Shown one piece after another: positions 29,069 through 38,790 of a stretch of 64,000 nucleotides of DNA. The DNA comes from an uncultured Candidatus Actinomarina sp. Lineage in GTDB: Bacteria > Actinomycetota > Acidimicrobiia > Actinomarinales > Actinomarinaceae. A program made the translations under genes and the position numbers. The number at the start of each line of letters is the position of its first letter. Position 1 is the stretch's first letter. The notes beneath the pieces are model-generated. The model made no database searches and was not told where the DNA came from. It saw only the letters and a list, made by a program, of their open reading frames with translations. The stretch covers positions 6,858-70,857 of the forward strand of contig CACJUH010000001.1 in assembly GCA_902596545.1 (NCBI GenBank), given 5' to 3'.

Positions 29069-30625
29069 GTGAAAACACCTAAACTTTTATTAACAACTAA
29101 CGTAATAATCCTATCTTTATTTTTAATGCCACTTTTTTATTTATTTTGGCGTTTTGCAGATTTATCAAGAAATTTATCTCGTTTTTTAAATTCATGGGAT
29201 GTATCGACTCTTTTATTCAATACCGTATTGTTATTTTTTGCAGTTGTTTTTACAAGTCTTTTACTTGGCTTAACAATTTCTGTCCTTACTGTTAGATATA
29301 AATTTCCTGGATCAAAAATTTTATTTAGTTTGACGATTTTACCGCTCGTAATTCCTTCTTATATTGGAGCTTTAACGTATGTATCTGCTTTTTCTCCAAA
29401 GGGTTTGTTTGTTGAAATATTTTCTAGATTTGGTTTATCTGAAATTATTGGAATAGAAGGGTTTGTTGGAAGCTGGATTGTTTTAACTTTATTTACATAT
29501 CCTTATGTTCAATTAATTTGCAGTAGTGCCTTAAGAAATTTAGATTCAACAGTCGAAGATGCTGCAAGGTCTTTAGGTGTAAAAAGAATAAAAATGTATA
29601 CAAGTGTAGTCATTCCAAGGTTAAAAAAACCTATGATATATTCATCGCTCTTAGTAGGTTTGTATGTTATTTCTGATTTTGGTGCTGTTTCGTTAATGAA
29701 GTATGGAACTATGACAAAAGCAATCTACTCTTATTATGTTATAAATATAAATGGTGATCCTGTCATTTTTTACTCAACGATTTTAATTGTTCTTGCCCTG
29801 ATCATAAGTTTTGCTCAAAGAGGAAGTGAGATGAGTAAGTCAGCAAAAGTATCTGGGACACCAAGAGAGCCAATTAGGATTGAACTTTCAAGAAGAAGCA
29901 AATATTTGGTCTTGTTGTTTTTTGGTGTTGTAATATTCTTTAGTTTACTTTTACCAGTTGGCGTTCTTTCATATTGGTTGATTCGAGGTTTATCTAATGG
30001 AAATCCAATTTCGGGATCTTTAGCAGGAGTTGCAGGTTCTTTAACTGCAGCAACAGTAACATCTTTTTTTGCAATGGTGATAGCAACTCCGATTGTTGTG
30101 ATGATCTCCCAATATAAGTCAAAATTTGGTGATTTATTTGAAAAAGTTACACTTACCCTTTATGGCCTCCCACACATCGCAGTTGGTATCTCAATGCTAT
30201 TTATTACAATTAAAATCTTTCCCTCAATTTATCAAACTTTTATAACCCTAATAATCTCATACTTAATTGTGTTTTTACCACAAGCTGTAGGAGGGGGACA
30301 AGCATCAATGGAACAAGTTAAAATTTCTTATATTGAGGCAAGTGCTGGACTTGGATTATCAAAACTAGATACATTTTTTAAAGTGACTTTTCCATTAATT
30401 TACAAAGGACTTCTTGCTGGAGCTGCTTTGGTATTTTTATCGACAATGAAAGAATTACCACAAACTTTATTATTGAGGCCTACAGGTTTTAGTACTATGG
30501 CTGTAGATATTTGGTCCTATGCATCGGAGGCATTATTTACACAAGCTGCATTCTCTGGATTTATTTTGTTAGCAATTAGTGCTTTTCCTACATATATACT
30601 TAGTACCAGGAATCTAGATAACTAA
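29069..30625 (+). CDS. Fe(3+) ABC transporter permease (duplicated two-domain FbpB-type)
   Basis: 518 aa with two MetI-like permease halves, each carrying an EAA-like loop. GTG start. Confidence 0.75.
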   Translation: MKTPKLLLTTNVIILSLFLMPLFYLFWRFADLSRNLSRFLNSWDVSTLLFNTVLLFFAVVFTSLLLGLTISVLTVRYKFPGSKILFSLTILPLVIPSYIGALTYVSAFSPKGLFVEIFSRFGLSEIIGIEGFVGSWIVLTLFTYPYVQLICSSALRNLDSTVEDAARSLGVKRIKMYTSVVIPRLKKPMIYSSLLVGLYVISDFGAVSLMKYGTMTKAIYSYYVININGDPVIFYSTILIVLALIISFAQRGSEMSKSAKVSGTPREPIRIELSRRSKYLVLLFFGVVIFFSLLLPVGVLSYWLIRGLSNGNPISGSLAGVAGSLTAATVTSFFAMVIATPIVVMISQYKSKFGDLFEKVTLTLYGLPHIAVGISMLFITIKIFPSIYQTFITLIISYLIVFLPQAVGGGQASMEQVKISYIEASAGLGLSKLDTFFKVTFPLIYKGLLAGAALVFLSTMKELPQTLLLRPTGFSTMAVDIWSYASEALFTQAAFSGFILLAISAFPTYILSTRNLDN

Positions 30626-31650
30626 TGGCATACGATAACTTAATAATTAGAGCTCGTTCTATAACTAAGTCTTACGGATATGAAAAAGTTCTATCTGATT
30701 TTAATCTTGATGTCTGGAATGGCGCAATAGTGGGTATTCTAGGTGTCTCTGGTTCTGGAAAGACTACAGCTTTAAGACTTATTGCTGGCTTTGAAAAACC
30801 TGATAGTGGAATAATTGAAATGAGAAACGAGATAATTTCTAGTGAAGAAATTTATTTACCACCTGAAGAAAGAAATGTCGGGATGGTTTTTCAAGACTAT
30901 GCACTATTTCCTCATTTAGATGTTAAAAGCAATATTGCATTTGGACTATCTAAAAATCAAATTAAAAGTGGAAGATTAAATGAAGTTATTGAGATGTGTA
31001 ATTTGAATGATTACAGCGCCAAGCTACCACAAGAACTTTCTGGTGGACAACAACAAAGAGTAGCTCTTGCAAGAGCATTAGCCCCAAATCCTGAAGTTAT
31101 TCTATTAGACGAACCTTTTACAAGCTTAGACGCACATATGGCTAGAGATTTAAGAGATGAGGTAATGACACTTCTTAGAGAAACAGAAACAACAGCGATA
31201 ATTGTTACTCATGACCAAGAGGAAGCACTTTCTGTATGTGATGTTGTAAGCGTCCTAGAAAATGGGAGTGTTATTCAGAGCGCCACTCCTCAAGAAATTT
31301 ATTTAAATCCTGTAAGTCAGACAGTTGCTAATTCTGTTGGTGATCCAAACATACTTAAAGGATTTTCTATAAATGGAAGGGTAGAGACTTCTCTCGGTAC
31401 TTTTGTTTCTGCTTATGATGGTGCATTAGATGTTTCAATCAGACCAGAATGCATTGAGCTTAATTTAGATACTCAAGGAAACTATGTCGTTAAAGAATGT
31501 ACATTTTATGGACATGACCAAGTTATATCATTTCAGAATAGCAAGGGAGAGGTATTCAGAGCTAGATCATTACCAAATACTATTTACGAAGCTGGTGATA
31601 AAATCAATATTGAAATTTCTGAAGTAACTACTTTTCCGTCAAAGACTTGA
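30625..31650 (+). CDS. ABC transporter ATP-binding protein with C-terminal TOBE-like domain (FbpC/PotA-type)
   Basis: Walker A GVSGSGKTT, signature LSGGQQQRVALARAL, Walker B ILLDEPFTSLD, C-terminal regulatory domain of about 100 aa. Confidence 0.85.
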   Translation: MAYDNLIIRARSITKSYGYEKVLSDFNLDVWNGAIVGILGVSGSGKTTALRLIAGFEKPDSGIIEMRNEIISSEEIYLPPEERNVGMVFQDYALFPHLDVKSNIAFGLSKNQIKSGRLNEVIEMCNLNDYSAKLPQELSGGQQQRVALARALAPNPEVILLDEPFTSLDAHMARDLRDEVMTLLRETETTAIIVTHDQEEALSVCDVVSVLENGSVIQSATPQEIYLNPVSQTVANSVGDPNILKGFSINGRVETSLGTFVSAYDGALDVSIRPECIELNLDTQGNYVVKECTFYGHDQVISFQNSKGEVFRARSLPNTIYEAGDKINIEISEVTTFPSKT

Positions 31651-31833
31651 TTTAATATAAGCTACTCTTCCAGCTAAAGTTTGTAATTCAATTTCTATTT
31701 CTGCCAACTTATTAAATGCCCTTGAATAATCATCTTCAGCAATATACTCCCTTGAATTTGCAAGAGACTTTATTGAAGTTTCAATGTCAAACATTATTGA
31801 TTCTATTTCTGAAAAAATTAGTTGTTTATCCAT
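31639..31833 (-). CDS. Hypothetical 64-aa helical protein
   Basis: Non-low-complexity amphipathic ORF between the ABC ATPase and the heliorhodopsin gene. No RBS. Overlaps the ATPase 3' end by 12 nt. Confidence 0.25.
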   Translation of the reverse strand: MDKQLIFSEIESIMFDIETSIKSLANSREYIAEDDYSRAFNKLAEIEIELQTLAGRVAYIKSSL

Positions 31834-31889
31834 CGTTTAATTGTAAATAAAAAACTAGAATTATATTAATTATTTTTAATTGGGGGAGT

Positions 31890-32693
31890 ATGGAAATTAA
31901 AATTAAAAAACTAAAAAAATTTAACATTATTATGGGTACAGTCCACCTTATACAGGGTGGATTACTTTTTTGGCTTGGTACAGTCGTAAATTCAGACTTT
32001 GTTGTACCTATAACCTTAACTCAATTAGTAGGCGTAGGTTCCCCCGAAGATCCTTCGAGTTTTGCACTAGTTCCTCAACTAGAAGTTTGGAGGGAGGTCA
32101 CAAACTTCGGTCCTGCAGTAGCTACTTTCCTACTTGCTTCAGCAGTTGCACATTATTTAATTTCTGGTCCTTTTTACAACAAATATAAAGAGGATTTATC
32201 AAAAGGAATAAATAAAGTGCGTTGGATTGAATACTCAATTAGTGCATCTGTAATGATAGTCCTCATTGCATTACTGGTTGGAATTTATGATGTATGGGCT
32301 TTAGCCGGTATATTTTTCATGAATGCTGCAATGTGTTGGTTTGGTTGGATGATGGAAGTCAATAATCAATATACTGAAAAAGTTGACTGGACAAGTTATA
32401 TTATGGGTTGCCTAGTCGGAATTGCACCGTGGATTTTTATATTTATTAATCTCATAGGTGATGGTGTTGCGACTGACTCTAATCCACAAGGAGTTCCACA
32501 ATTCGTCGTATGGATTTTTGTAAGTATATTTCTATTCTTTAATACTTTTTCAATAAATATGATTTTGCAATACAAGCAAGTAGGTAAATGGAAAGATTAT
32601 TTGTACGGAGAAAGAGCTTATATTTGGTTAAGCTTACTTGCAAAGACTTGTCTTGCCTGGCAAGTATTTTTTGGAACGTATCAACCAAATTAA
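31890..32693 (+). CDS. Heliorhodopsin (inverted-topology microbial rhodopsin)
   Basis: 267 aa, seven TM helices. RWIEYSISASVMIVLIA and YLYGERAYIWLSLLAKTCLAWQVFFG closely match heliorhodopsin 48C12 (RWVEYSLSSSVMIVLIA, YLRGERAYIVLSLVAKSALAWQIFSG), including the retinal Schiff-base Lys in the last helix. Confidence 0.85.
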   Translation: MEIKIKKLKKFNIIMGTVHLIQGGLLFWLGTVVNSDFVVPITLTQLVGVGSPEDPSSFALVPQLEVWREVTNFGPAVATFLLASAVAHYLISGPFYNKYKEDLSKGINKVRWIEYSISASVMIVLIALLVGIYDVWALAGIFFMNAAMCWFGWMMEVNNQYTEKVDWTSYIMGCLVGIAPWIFIFINLIGDGVATDSNPQGVPQFVVWIFVSIFLFFNTFSINMILQYKQVGKWKDYLYGERAYIWLSLLAKTCLAWQVFFGTYQPN

Positions 32694-32768
32694 ATATTTA
32701 TTTAATTTTTTTCCCAAAAAATATTAGCAGAATAATGATCAGAAATAATCCTATATAAGAAAGTGCCA

Positions 32769-33557
32769 TCAGTTTTTAGATCTAAATTTTCTAAACCCTA
32801 GTACTAAAAACAATAATGGAATTGCAATTATTCCAAATGACACACCAAAACCAATTATTGATTCAATCCAATTTAAAGCCCTTTGAACATAATAATTCCA
32901 TGAAAATAATGAAACTCCTGAACCCTCTCTGATATCTAGAGTCAAAGAAGAGTATGAAACTGAATTTTCATAATATTCTTTTTGTCCTTCAAGCACTTGA
33001 ATGTCTTGATTTATATACCGAAGTTGAGATTGTACTTGGAGTTTATCTGATGTTGACACTGCTTCTTCTTTTATTTCTTCAAGCGCTTTCTTCTCATCTT
33101 TTAAGGATTTCAATCTTGAATCAATATCAAGCACATATTTAGTTACATCATTCGCATTCAAATTTATATTCGTAAATTTGGAAATTTCTTCTACTTCCGA
33201 TAGAAAATTTTCGAACTCTTCTGCTGGAATATTCATTGTTACGTTATAACTTTTAAGCCCTTGATAATTAGTTGAAAGATAAGTATTTGAAATATTTCCA
33301 CTGTAATTTTTAACTAAGACTTCTACTTCATTAATTGTACTTTCAAAGTTAGATGAACTTACGTCTGTACTTGCATAAGCAGTTTTAATAATATAGTCAC
33401 CTTGTGAAAAAGACCCATCTCGTGTGATAGTATTTTCAGAAAAAGCCATGTCCTCAGTTCCTGCAAAATACGGCTCAGATATCCCCATTGTTATTTCACC
33501 TGATTGGGAACAAAAAGAAAAAGTTAAAAGAAAAAATAGAAGTTTAAGATTTTTCAC
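32769..33557 (-). CDS. Secreted coiled-coil protein with C-terminal membrane anchor (DUF4349-like architecture)
   Basis: N-terminal signal peptide, central coiled coil (KSLKDEKKALEEIKEE...), C-terminal TM helix plus basic tail. Confidence 0.4.
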   Translation of the reverse strand: MKNLKLLFFLLTFSFCSQSGEITMGISEPYFAGTEDMAFSENTITRDGSFSQGDYIIKTAYASTDVSSSNFESTINEVEVLVKNYSGNISNTYLSTNYQGLKSYNVTMNIPAEEFENFLSEVEEISKFTNINLNANDVTKYVLDIDSRLKSLKDEKKALEEIKEEAVSTSDKLQVQSQLRYINQDIQVLEGQKEYYENSVSYSSLTLDIREGSGVSLFSWNYYVQRALNWIESIIGFGVSFGIIAIPLLFLVLGFRKFRSKN

Positions 33558-33575
33558 AAACTAATTATAAGTAAT

Positions 33576-34664
33576 TTAGTAGTTAGATAGTTCAATTATT
33601 GGAATTTTTAATTCTTCTTTAGACAACCCTCCATGGTAACCCTTCAACTCTGCCGACAGGTGTTTTGGATAAATGATATTTTTATCTTCGACTAAAAAAC
33701 AAAAATCAGGATAAATTGTTCGCAAATAATCATTTACTGGATCACCAAGAAGATAAGACAACTCATGTTGCTCCAGTAAAACACCTGGTATTTCAGAAAA
33801 AGTCTCTAAAACATTTTTTTTAGGCCCATTTATATAAACAGATCGTTGGTCTCCATATATTTGTAAATTATCACTGTAATTCAGATGATGACGACTTTCT
33901 GCGTTAATATTTACAAGACCGTGATCAGCAGAAATAATAGTTTTTGTTTTCTTATTACTTATATTTGAAATCTCATTAACCAATTTTTCAAATTTAGTTA
34001 TTTCTATCTGCCACTCTTCTGAATTCACTCCGAATATATGGGCCGTAACATCAATTAGGGGATAATAGATAAAATTAAACTTATTTTCCAAAATTGTAGA
34101 TTCTGACAGTAATTCCAAAAGATTCTGCTCATCGTCATATGGAATAGTGCTCGATGGCTCATACAGACAATCTGAGAGAGGAGTTCCTACCAAATTTCTA
34201 GGCTGAAAATTAGAAGCATAAATTTTGTTTTCTTTAAAAATTTTCCAAATTGAATTTTGTTTTTGAAAATGATCACTTAATAATAAATTTTTGTTATCTT
34301 GATTCCAATTTAATGCATTTATTAGCCCGTATTGTGATTTGTCATACATGTAGTAACCTATCAGTCCGTGATCAATCGGATTTTTCATAAACGCAATTGA
34401 CGACAAAGCCACGTTTGTTGAGGAGGGAAATGTTGTATTAATAGATTTTGTAACATTTTTATTTAGATAAGAATCTGTACTGTTCAGATTTTCATAACCA
34501 AGTCCGTCAGCCAGTATGAAGTTTATAGTGTCTGCATCATAAAGATCATCTGACAATAGACTAAACCTTGTATCTATTTCTAATTTATTCCGAACCACTT
34601 CTTTAAAGATTTCTTTGGCAAGATCTACTATGTTGGGTTCTTCTAAAAAATTTTTATTAATCAC
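33576..34664 (-). CDS. Alkaline-phosphatase-superfamily type I phosphodiesterase / nucleotide pyrophosphatase family protein (cytoplasmic)
   Basis: ILADGLGYENL metal Asp. TTFPSSTNVALSSIAFMKNPIDHGLIGY matches the nucleophile and His motif of PF01663 (TFPNHYSIVTG..P..HGI). ISADHGL and GYHGG metal-ligand motifs. No signal peptide. Confidence 0.6.
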   Translation of the reverse strand: MINKNFLEEPNIVDLAKEIFKEVVRNKLEIDTRFSLLSDDLYDADTINFILADGLGYENLNSTDSYLNKNVTKSINTTFPSSTNVALSSIAFMKNPIDHGLIGYYMYDKSQYGLINALNWNQDNKNLLLSDHFQKQNSIWKIFKENKIYASNFQPRNLVGTPLSDCLYEPSSTIPYDDEQNLLELLSESTILENKFNFIYYPLIDVTAHIFGVNSEEWQIEITKFEKLVNEISNISNKKTKTIISADHGLVNINAESRHHLNYSDNLQIYGDQRSVYINGPKKNVLETFSEIPGVLLEQHELSYLLGDPVNDYLRTIYPDFCFLVEDKNIIYPKHLSAELKGYHGGLSKEELKIPIIELSNY

Positions 34665-34745
34665 TTATAAAAAATCTTACAAAAAAATTACACTGAAGTT
34701 TGAGAAAAAACTAAACTTTTTAGAGGCTTAACTAAACTATAAATT

Positions 34746-35114
34746 ATGATTTCTTATTTTCAAGACTACGTGACCATAGGAGCAGTGCTGGGATTCGGCT
34801 TATTTCTTGTTGTGTTATTACTCGGGGTAGCCTCTGTGCTCAGACCAAACAAACCTTATGCTGAAAAACTACAAACTTATGAATGTGGTGTAGACCCTGT
34901 AGGTACAGGATGGAGTCAAACATATGTTAGATACTATATATTTGGTTTACTTTTCGTAATTTTTGATGTTGAAGCGGTTTTCATATTTCCATGGGCTATC
35001 AATTTAGAAAAGCTGGGTTATTTTGGATTAATTGAAATGTTTGTTTTTATATTCATTCTTTTAATTGGTCTTATATATGCAATAAGAAAGGATGTGCTTA
35101 AGTGGGAGTCATAG
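34746..35114 (+). CDS. nuoA: NADH-quinone oxidoreductase subunit A, second copy
   Basis: YECG motif and three TM helices. First gene of an 11-gene nuo-like operon. Confidence 0.85.
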   Translation: MISYFQDYVTIGAVLGFGLFLVVLLLGVASVLRPNKPYAEKLQTYECGVDPVGTGWSQTYVRYYIFGLLFVIFDVEAVFIFPWAINLEKLGYFGLIEMFVFIFILLIGLIYAIRKDVLKWES

Positions 35115-35599
35115 ACAAATTTGGTCTTCCAAAACCTATATCATCAGTTTTTAACTGGGCTAGATCATATTCACTTTGGTATTTTCAATTCGGATTAGCT
35201 TGTTGCGCCATTGAGGTTATGGCTGTTAGTGGACCTAGGCACGATTTTATGAGATTAGGAGTAATTCCACTTCCCGCATCTCCACGACAGGCTGATTTCA
35301 TGATTGTAGCTGGAACAGTAACAGACAAAATGGCTCCTTCTGTCAAAAGGCTCTATGATCAAATGCCAGAACCAAAGTATGTTATCTCAATGGGCTCTTG
35401 CTCTAATAGCGGTGGTCCATATTGGGATTCTTACTCAGTCACCAAGGGCGTCGATCAGCTAATTCCCGTGGATGTCTATGTTCCAGGTTGTCCGCCGAGA
35501 CCAGAAGCACTTCAGGAGGGCATAATTCTTCTTCAGAAAAAAATTCGCGGAGAAGATATGAAAGAAAAATGGACAGAAGTTCAAACTGAGCCAATTTAA
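35102..35599 (+). CDS. nuoB: NADH-quinone oxidoreductase subunit B, second copy (divergent)
   Basis: [32 protein letters not shown] and GCPP motifs. Divergent [10 protein letters not shown] segment. Confidence 0.9.
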   Translation: MGVIDKFGLPKPISSVFNWARSYSLWYFQFGLACCAIEVMAVSGPRHDFMRLGVIPLPASPRQADFMIVAGTVTDKMAPSVKRLYDQMPEPKYVISMGSCSNSGGPYWDSYSVTKGVDQLIPVDVYVPGCPPRPEALQEGIILLQKKIRGEDMKEKWTEVQTEPI

Positions 35600-35600
35600 G

Positions 35601-36146
35601 ATGGAAGAATTTTTTAACAATATAAAAGAAAGCTTTAAAGACACTGAATTAGAGTTTGAAACAATAAATATTAAAGTTGATTCAACAGAGTGGATTGAAG
35701 CACATAAAAAACTTAGAGATGAATTTAATTTGAAATTTTTCTCTTGGCTTTCAGCAGTAGATTGGGACAATGATGTTTCTGTTGGTGAAGCTCCTAAAGA
35801 AAGCGTTTCACCTTGTTTTGAAATAATTTCATGCTTATCTGATTTAGCAAATACAAATTTAATTACCATATCGACGACTATCGACAAATCAGATCCAAAA
35901 ATCAGTTCTCTTGTAGAAATATATGGTGGTGCTAATTGGCATGAAAGAGAAGCATATGAAATGTTTGGAATAAATTTTGAAAATCATCCAAATCTTGAAA
36001 AACTATATCTTCCTGATGGATACGAAGGAAATCCTATGCTTAAGTCTTTTGAGTTGATAAGTAGAGAAGTTAAGCCTTGGCCTGGAGAAGTTGATGTAGA
36101 AGGCATGCCAGAAGAAACAGAAAGTGATGAATCTGCAGATGGTTAA
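35601..36146 (+). CDS. nuoC: NADH-quinone oxidoreductase subunit C, second copy
   Basis: HEREAYEMFGINFENHPNL...GNPMLK motif. Acidic C-terminus. Confidence 0.85.
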   Translation: MEEFFNNIKESFKDTELEFETINIKVDSTEWIEAHKKLRDEFNLKFFSWLSAVDWDNDVSVGEAPKESVSPCFEIISCLSDLANTNLITISTTIDKSDPKISSLVEIYGGANWHEREAYEMFGINFENHPNLEKLYLPDGYEGNPMLKSFELISREVKPWPGEVDVEGMPEETESDESADG

Positions 36147-37335
36147 TGCACTAGATCCACAGAATATGAATAGTTTTTCAGAGGCCTCTGTATCTGTAGA
36201 AATTGAAACAGAAGATATGACATTAAATATAGGACCTCAACATCCATCAACTCACGGAGTACTTAGGCTGGTTGCAAAAGTTGATGGCGAAAAAGTTCAT
36301 GATGTAAAACCTGTTCTTGGTTACATGCATCGTGGTTATGAAAAACTTGCAGAAGTTAGGTCATATCCTCAAATAACGACACTCGTAAATCGAATAGATT
36401 GGGTTGCAGGATTTTCAAATGAAATTCCTTTTATTGCTGGTGCTGAAAGATTAATGGAAATTGAAGTTCCTGAAAGAGCCAAACATATCAGACTAATACT
36501 TAATGAAATGGCAAGAATATCCTCACATTTTGTGTTCAATGGAGCTTATGCTCTCGAAGTTGGTGCGTTAACTCCAATCTTTTACGCAATGGAAGATAGA
36601 GAAAGAGTTCTAGATTTAATTGAATCAGTAACCGGTGGCCGATTTCATCCGAATTTCAATAGAATAGGTGGAGTAAAACCAGCAGCTGGAGCAGGTCCTA
36701 CTTCGAAAAAAAATATCCAAGATCTACCTGCTGGATTTTACAGAGATACAAAAGTTGCAATGGAAAAAGTAATTGAGGCAGCTGATCAGTTTCAAAATTT
36801 AATTGGTGGAAATGAAGTATTCAAGAAAAGAACAAAAAATGTTGGTGTCCTAACTGCTGAGACAGCAGAAGCTTATGGTGTATCTGGACCAATACTTAGA
36901 GCTTCAGGTGTTAAGTCTGATTTGAGAACACAAACCGATTATTTGCCATATGATCAATTTGATTACGATATTCCTACTGGAGAGAATGGAGATTGTTATG
37001 ATCGATGGGATGTCAGAGTAAAAGAAATGGTTGAATCAGCAAAAATAGTTTTGCAAGCAATTGACTCTATGCCATCTGGCCCATTACAAGCAAAAGTTCC
37101 TAAAGTTATAAAAGTTCCTAAAGGACGAACGTATGTAAGAGCTGAAAATCCAAAAGGGGAAATGGGTTATTACATAATATCAGATGGAGGGCTGGGACCA
37201 TACAGACTTAAAGTTCGAACAGCTTCATTTAGCAACATTTCAATTTTACCCATTATGCTTGAGGGTGCTCTACTACCAGATTTAATTGCCATAATGGGAA
37301 GCTTAGATTTTGTATTGGGAGATGTAGATAGATGA
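36124..37335 (+). CDS. nuoD: NADH-quinone oxidoreductase subunit D, second copy
   Basis: IGPQHPSTHGVLRL and C-terminal GDVDR. Start may be the downstream ATG at 36166. Confidence 0.9.
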   Translation: MMNLQMVNALDPQNMNSFSEASVSVEIETEDMTLNIGPQHPSTHGVLRLVAKVDGEKVHDVKPVLGYMHRGYEKLAEVRSYPQITTLVNRIDWVAGFSNEIPFIAGAERLMEIEVPERAKHIRLILNEMARISSHFVFNGAYALEVGALTPIFYAMEDRERVLDLIESVTGGRFHPNFNRIGGVKPAAGAGPTSKKNIQDLPAGFYRDTKVAMEKVIEAADQFQNLIGGNEVFKKRTKNVGVLTAETAEAYGVSGPILRASGVKSDLRTQTDYLPYDQFDYDIPTGENGDCYDRWDVRVKEMVESAKIVLQAIDSMPSGPLQAKVPKVIKVPKGRTYVRAENPKGEMGYYIISDGGLGPYRLKVRTASFSNISILPIMLEGALLPDLIAIMGSLDFVLGDVDR

Positions 37336-38303
37336 CAGAGGTTTTAATCAAGGTAGGATTTCTTGCTGTAGCAGCATTAAATGGCGCAATCATTTTTACA
37401 ATTATGGATGTTAAAGGTGCCTCTTGGATGCAGAGAAGGCCAGGACCTTTGCATGTTGGACTCAGAGGTTTTATATTTCCATTGGCTGAAATACTTAAAT
37501 TTGTTCAAAAAGAAGACATAATCCCAACCGAAGTGGACAGGCCCGTATTCAAATGGGCTCCTGCCTATGTTATGGTTTCTTGTGTTGCTCTTTTTGCTGT
37601 AGTACCAATGAGTCCTACGTTGGTTGTGGCAGATTTAGAATTAGGTGTTTTCTTTGCACTTGCAATAAGCTCCTTAGGAACCATAGGTGTATTAACCGCT
37701 GGATGGTCATCAGCAAATAAATATTCCCTTATGGGCGGCTTAAGAGCAGCAGGACAGCTTATAGCTTATGAACTTCCACTGATACTTGCTGTTGTTGGAG
37801 TTGTTATTCAAGCTGAAACCATGTCATTGGTTGGGATTGTAGAAAAACAAATTGAATGGGGAGTTCCTTTTGTTGTTGGCGGACAGATAGTTGGTTTTCT
37901 AATTTTTATGGTTGCTGCAACAGCTGAAATGATGAGAGTGCCATTTGATATGCCAATTGGTGAATCAGAACTAACTATGGGATTTATGACAGAATATTCT
38001 GGGATTAGATTTCTTATTTTCTATATTTCTGAATACATGAATATGTTTATTTTATGCGCTATTGCTTCAACACTATTTCTTGGGGGTTATCATGTGCCTT
38101 TGCTACCAACAGAATGGGTAAACTTTTATGGACCTGTTGTTCTCTTAACTAAAACTGCTATTTTAGGTTTTATCTTGGTAGCAGTGAGGTGGTCACAACC
38201 AAGATTTAGAGAAGATCAATTACAAAACCTAGCATGGAAGATACTTATTCCGGCATCTTTAGTTAATATTCTTGTAACTGCAATTATGAAAGTTGGATTT
38301 TAA
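37332..38303 (+). CDS. nuoH: NADH-quinone oxidoreductase subunit H, second copy
   Basis: MQRRPGPLHVG and ELTMGFMTEYSG motifs. Confidence 0.9.
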   Translation: MTEVLIKVGFLAVAALNGAIIFTIMDVKGASWMQRRPGPLHVGLRGFIFPLAEILKFVQKEDIIPTEVDRPVFKWAPAYVMVSCVALFAVVPMSPTLVVADLELGVFFALAISSLGTIGVLTAGWSSANKYSLMGGLRAAGQLIAYELPLILAVVGVVIQAETMSLVGIVEKQIEWGVPFVVGGQIVGFLIFMVAATAEMMRVPFDMPIGESELTMGFMTEYSGIRFLIFYISEYMNMFILCAIASTLFLGGYHVPLLPTEWVNFYGPVVLLTKTAILGFILVAVRWSQPRFREDQLQNLAWKILIPASLVNILVTAIMKVGF

Positions 38304-38788
38304 TGAAGACATTTAAGCCAAAAATACCAGGATTTTTAATTGGAATAAAAATTGTTATCGTAAATATGCTTAAAACTCTATCTCCATTCCATTCAAAACC
38401 AAATGTAAATTACCCGTTTGAAAAAGAAAAAGTGGCACCAAGAGCGAGAGGGGTTATTGCTTTAGACCAAGAAGCATGCACCAGTTGTATGTTGTGTGCA
38501 CGACAATGCCCTGATTGGTGTATTTATATAGAAGGCCATAAAGAATTACAACCTCCTTCAAAACCTGGAGGTAGACAAAGAAGCAGAGCTGTCTTGGACA
38601 GATTTGACATTGACTATGCACTATGTATGTATTGCGGAATTTGCGTAGAAGTTTGCCCATTCGATGCTTTGTTTTGGTCACCAGAATATGAATATTCTGA
38701 ATTCAACATGGGCGACATGTTGCACGACAAAGAACGCCTAGACGATTGGTTGCAAACTGTTCCAGACCCCGAGGGACTCGAAAGTTAA
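38303..38788 (+). CDS. nuoI: NADH-quinone oxidoreductase subunit I, second copy (2x4Fe-4S)
   Basis: CTSCMLCARQCP and CMYCGICVEVCP ferredoxin motifs. Confidence 0.9.
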   Translation: MKTFKPKIPGFLIGIKIVIVNMLKTLSPFHSKPNVNYPFEKEKVAPRARGVIALDQEACTSCMLCARQCPDWCIYIEGHKELQPPSKPGGRQRSRAVLDRFDIDYALCMYCGICVEVCPFDALFWSPEYEYSEFNMGDMLHDKERLDDWLQTVPDPEGLES

Positions 38789-38790
38789 AA

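Noticed and set aside
31970-32188. 72-aa alternative-frame ORF
   Set aside because: Lies inside the heliorhodopsin gene in another frame. Cys/Ser/Arg-rich nonsense composition.
33576-34664. PglZ (BREX) identity for the alkaline-phosphatase-superfamily protein
   Set aside because: Its size (362 aa) and motifs (TFPSST...HGL, ADHG, GYHGG) fit the type I phosphodiesterase/NPP family better. No BREX partners (pglX, brxC, etc.) nearby.
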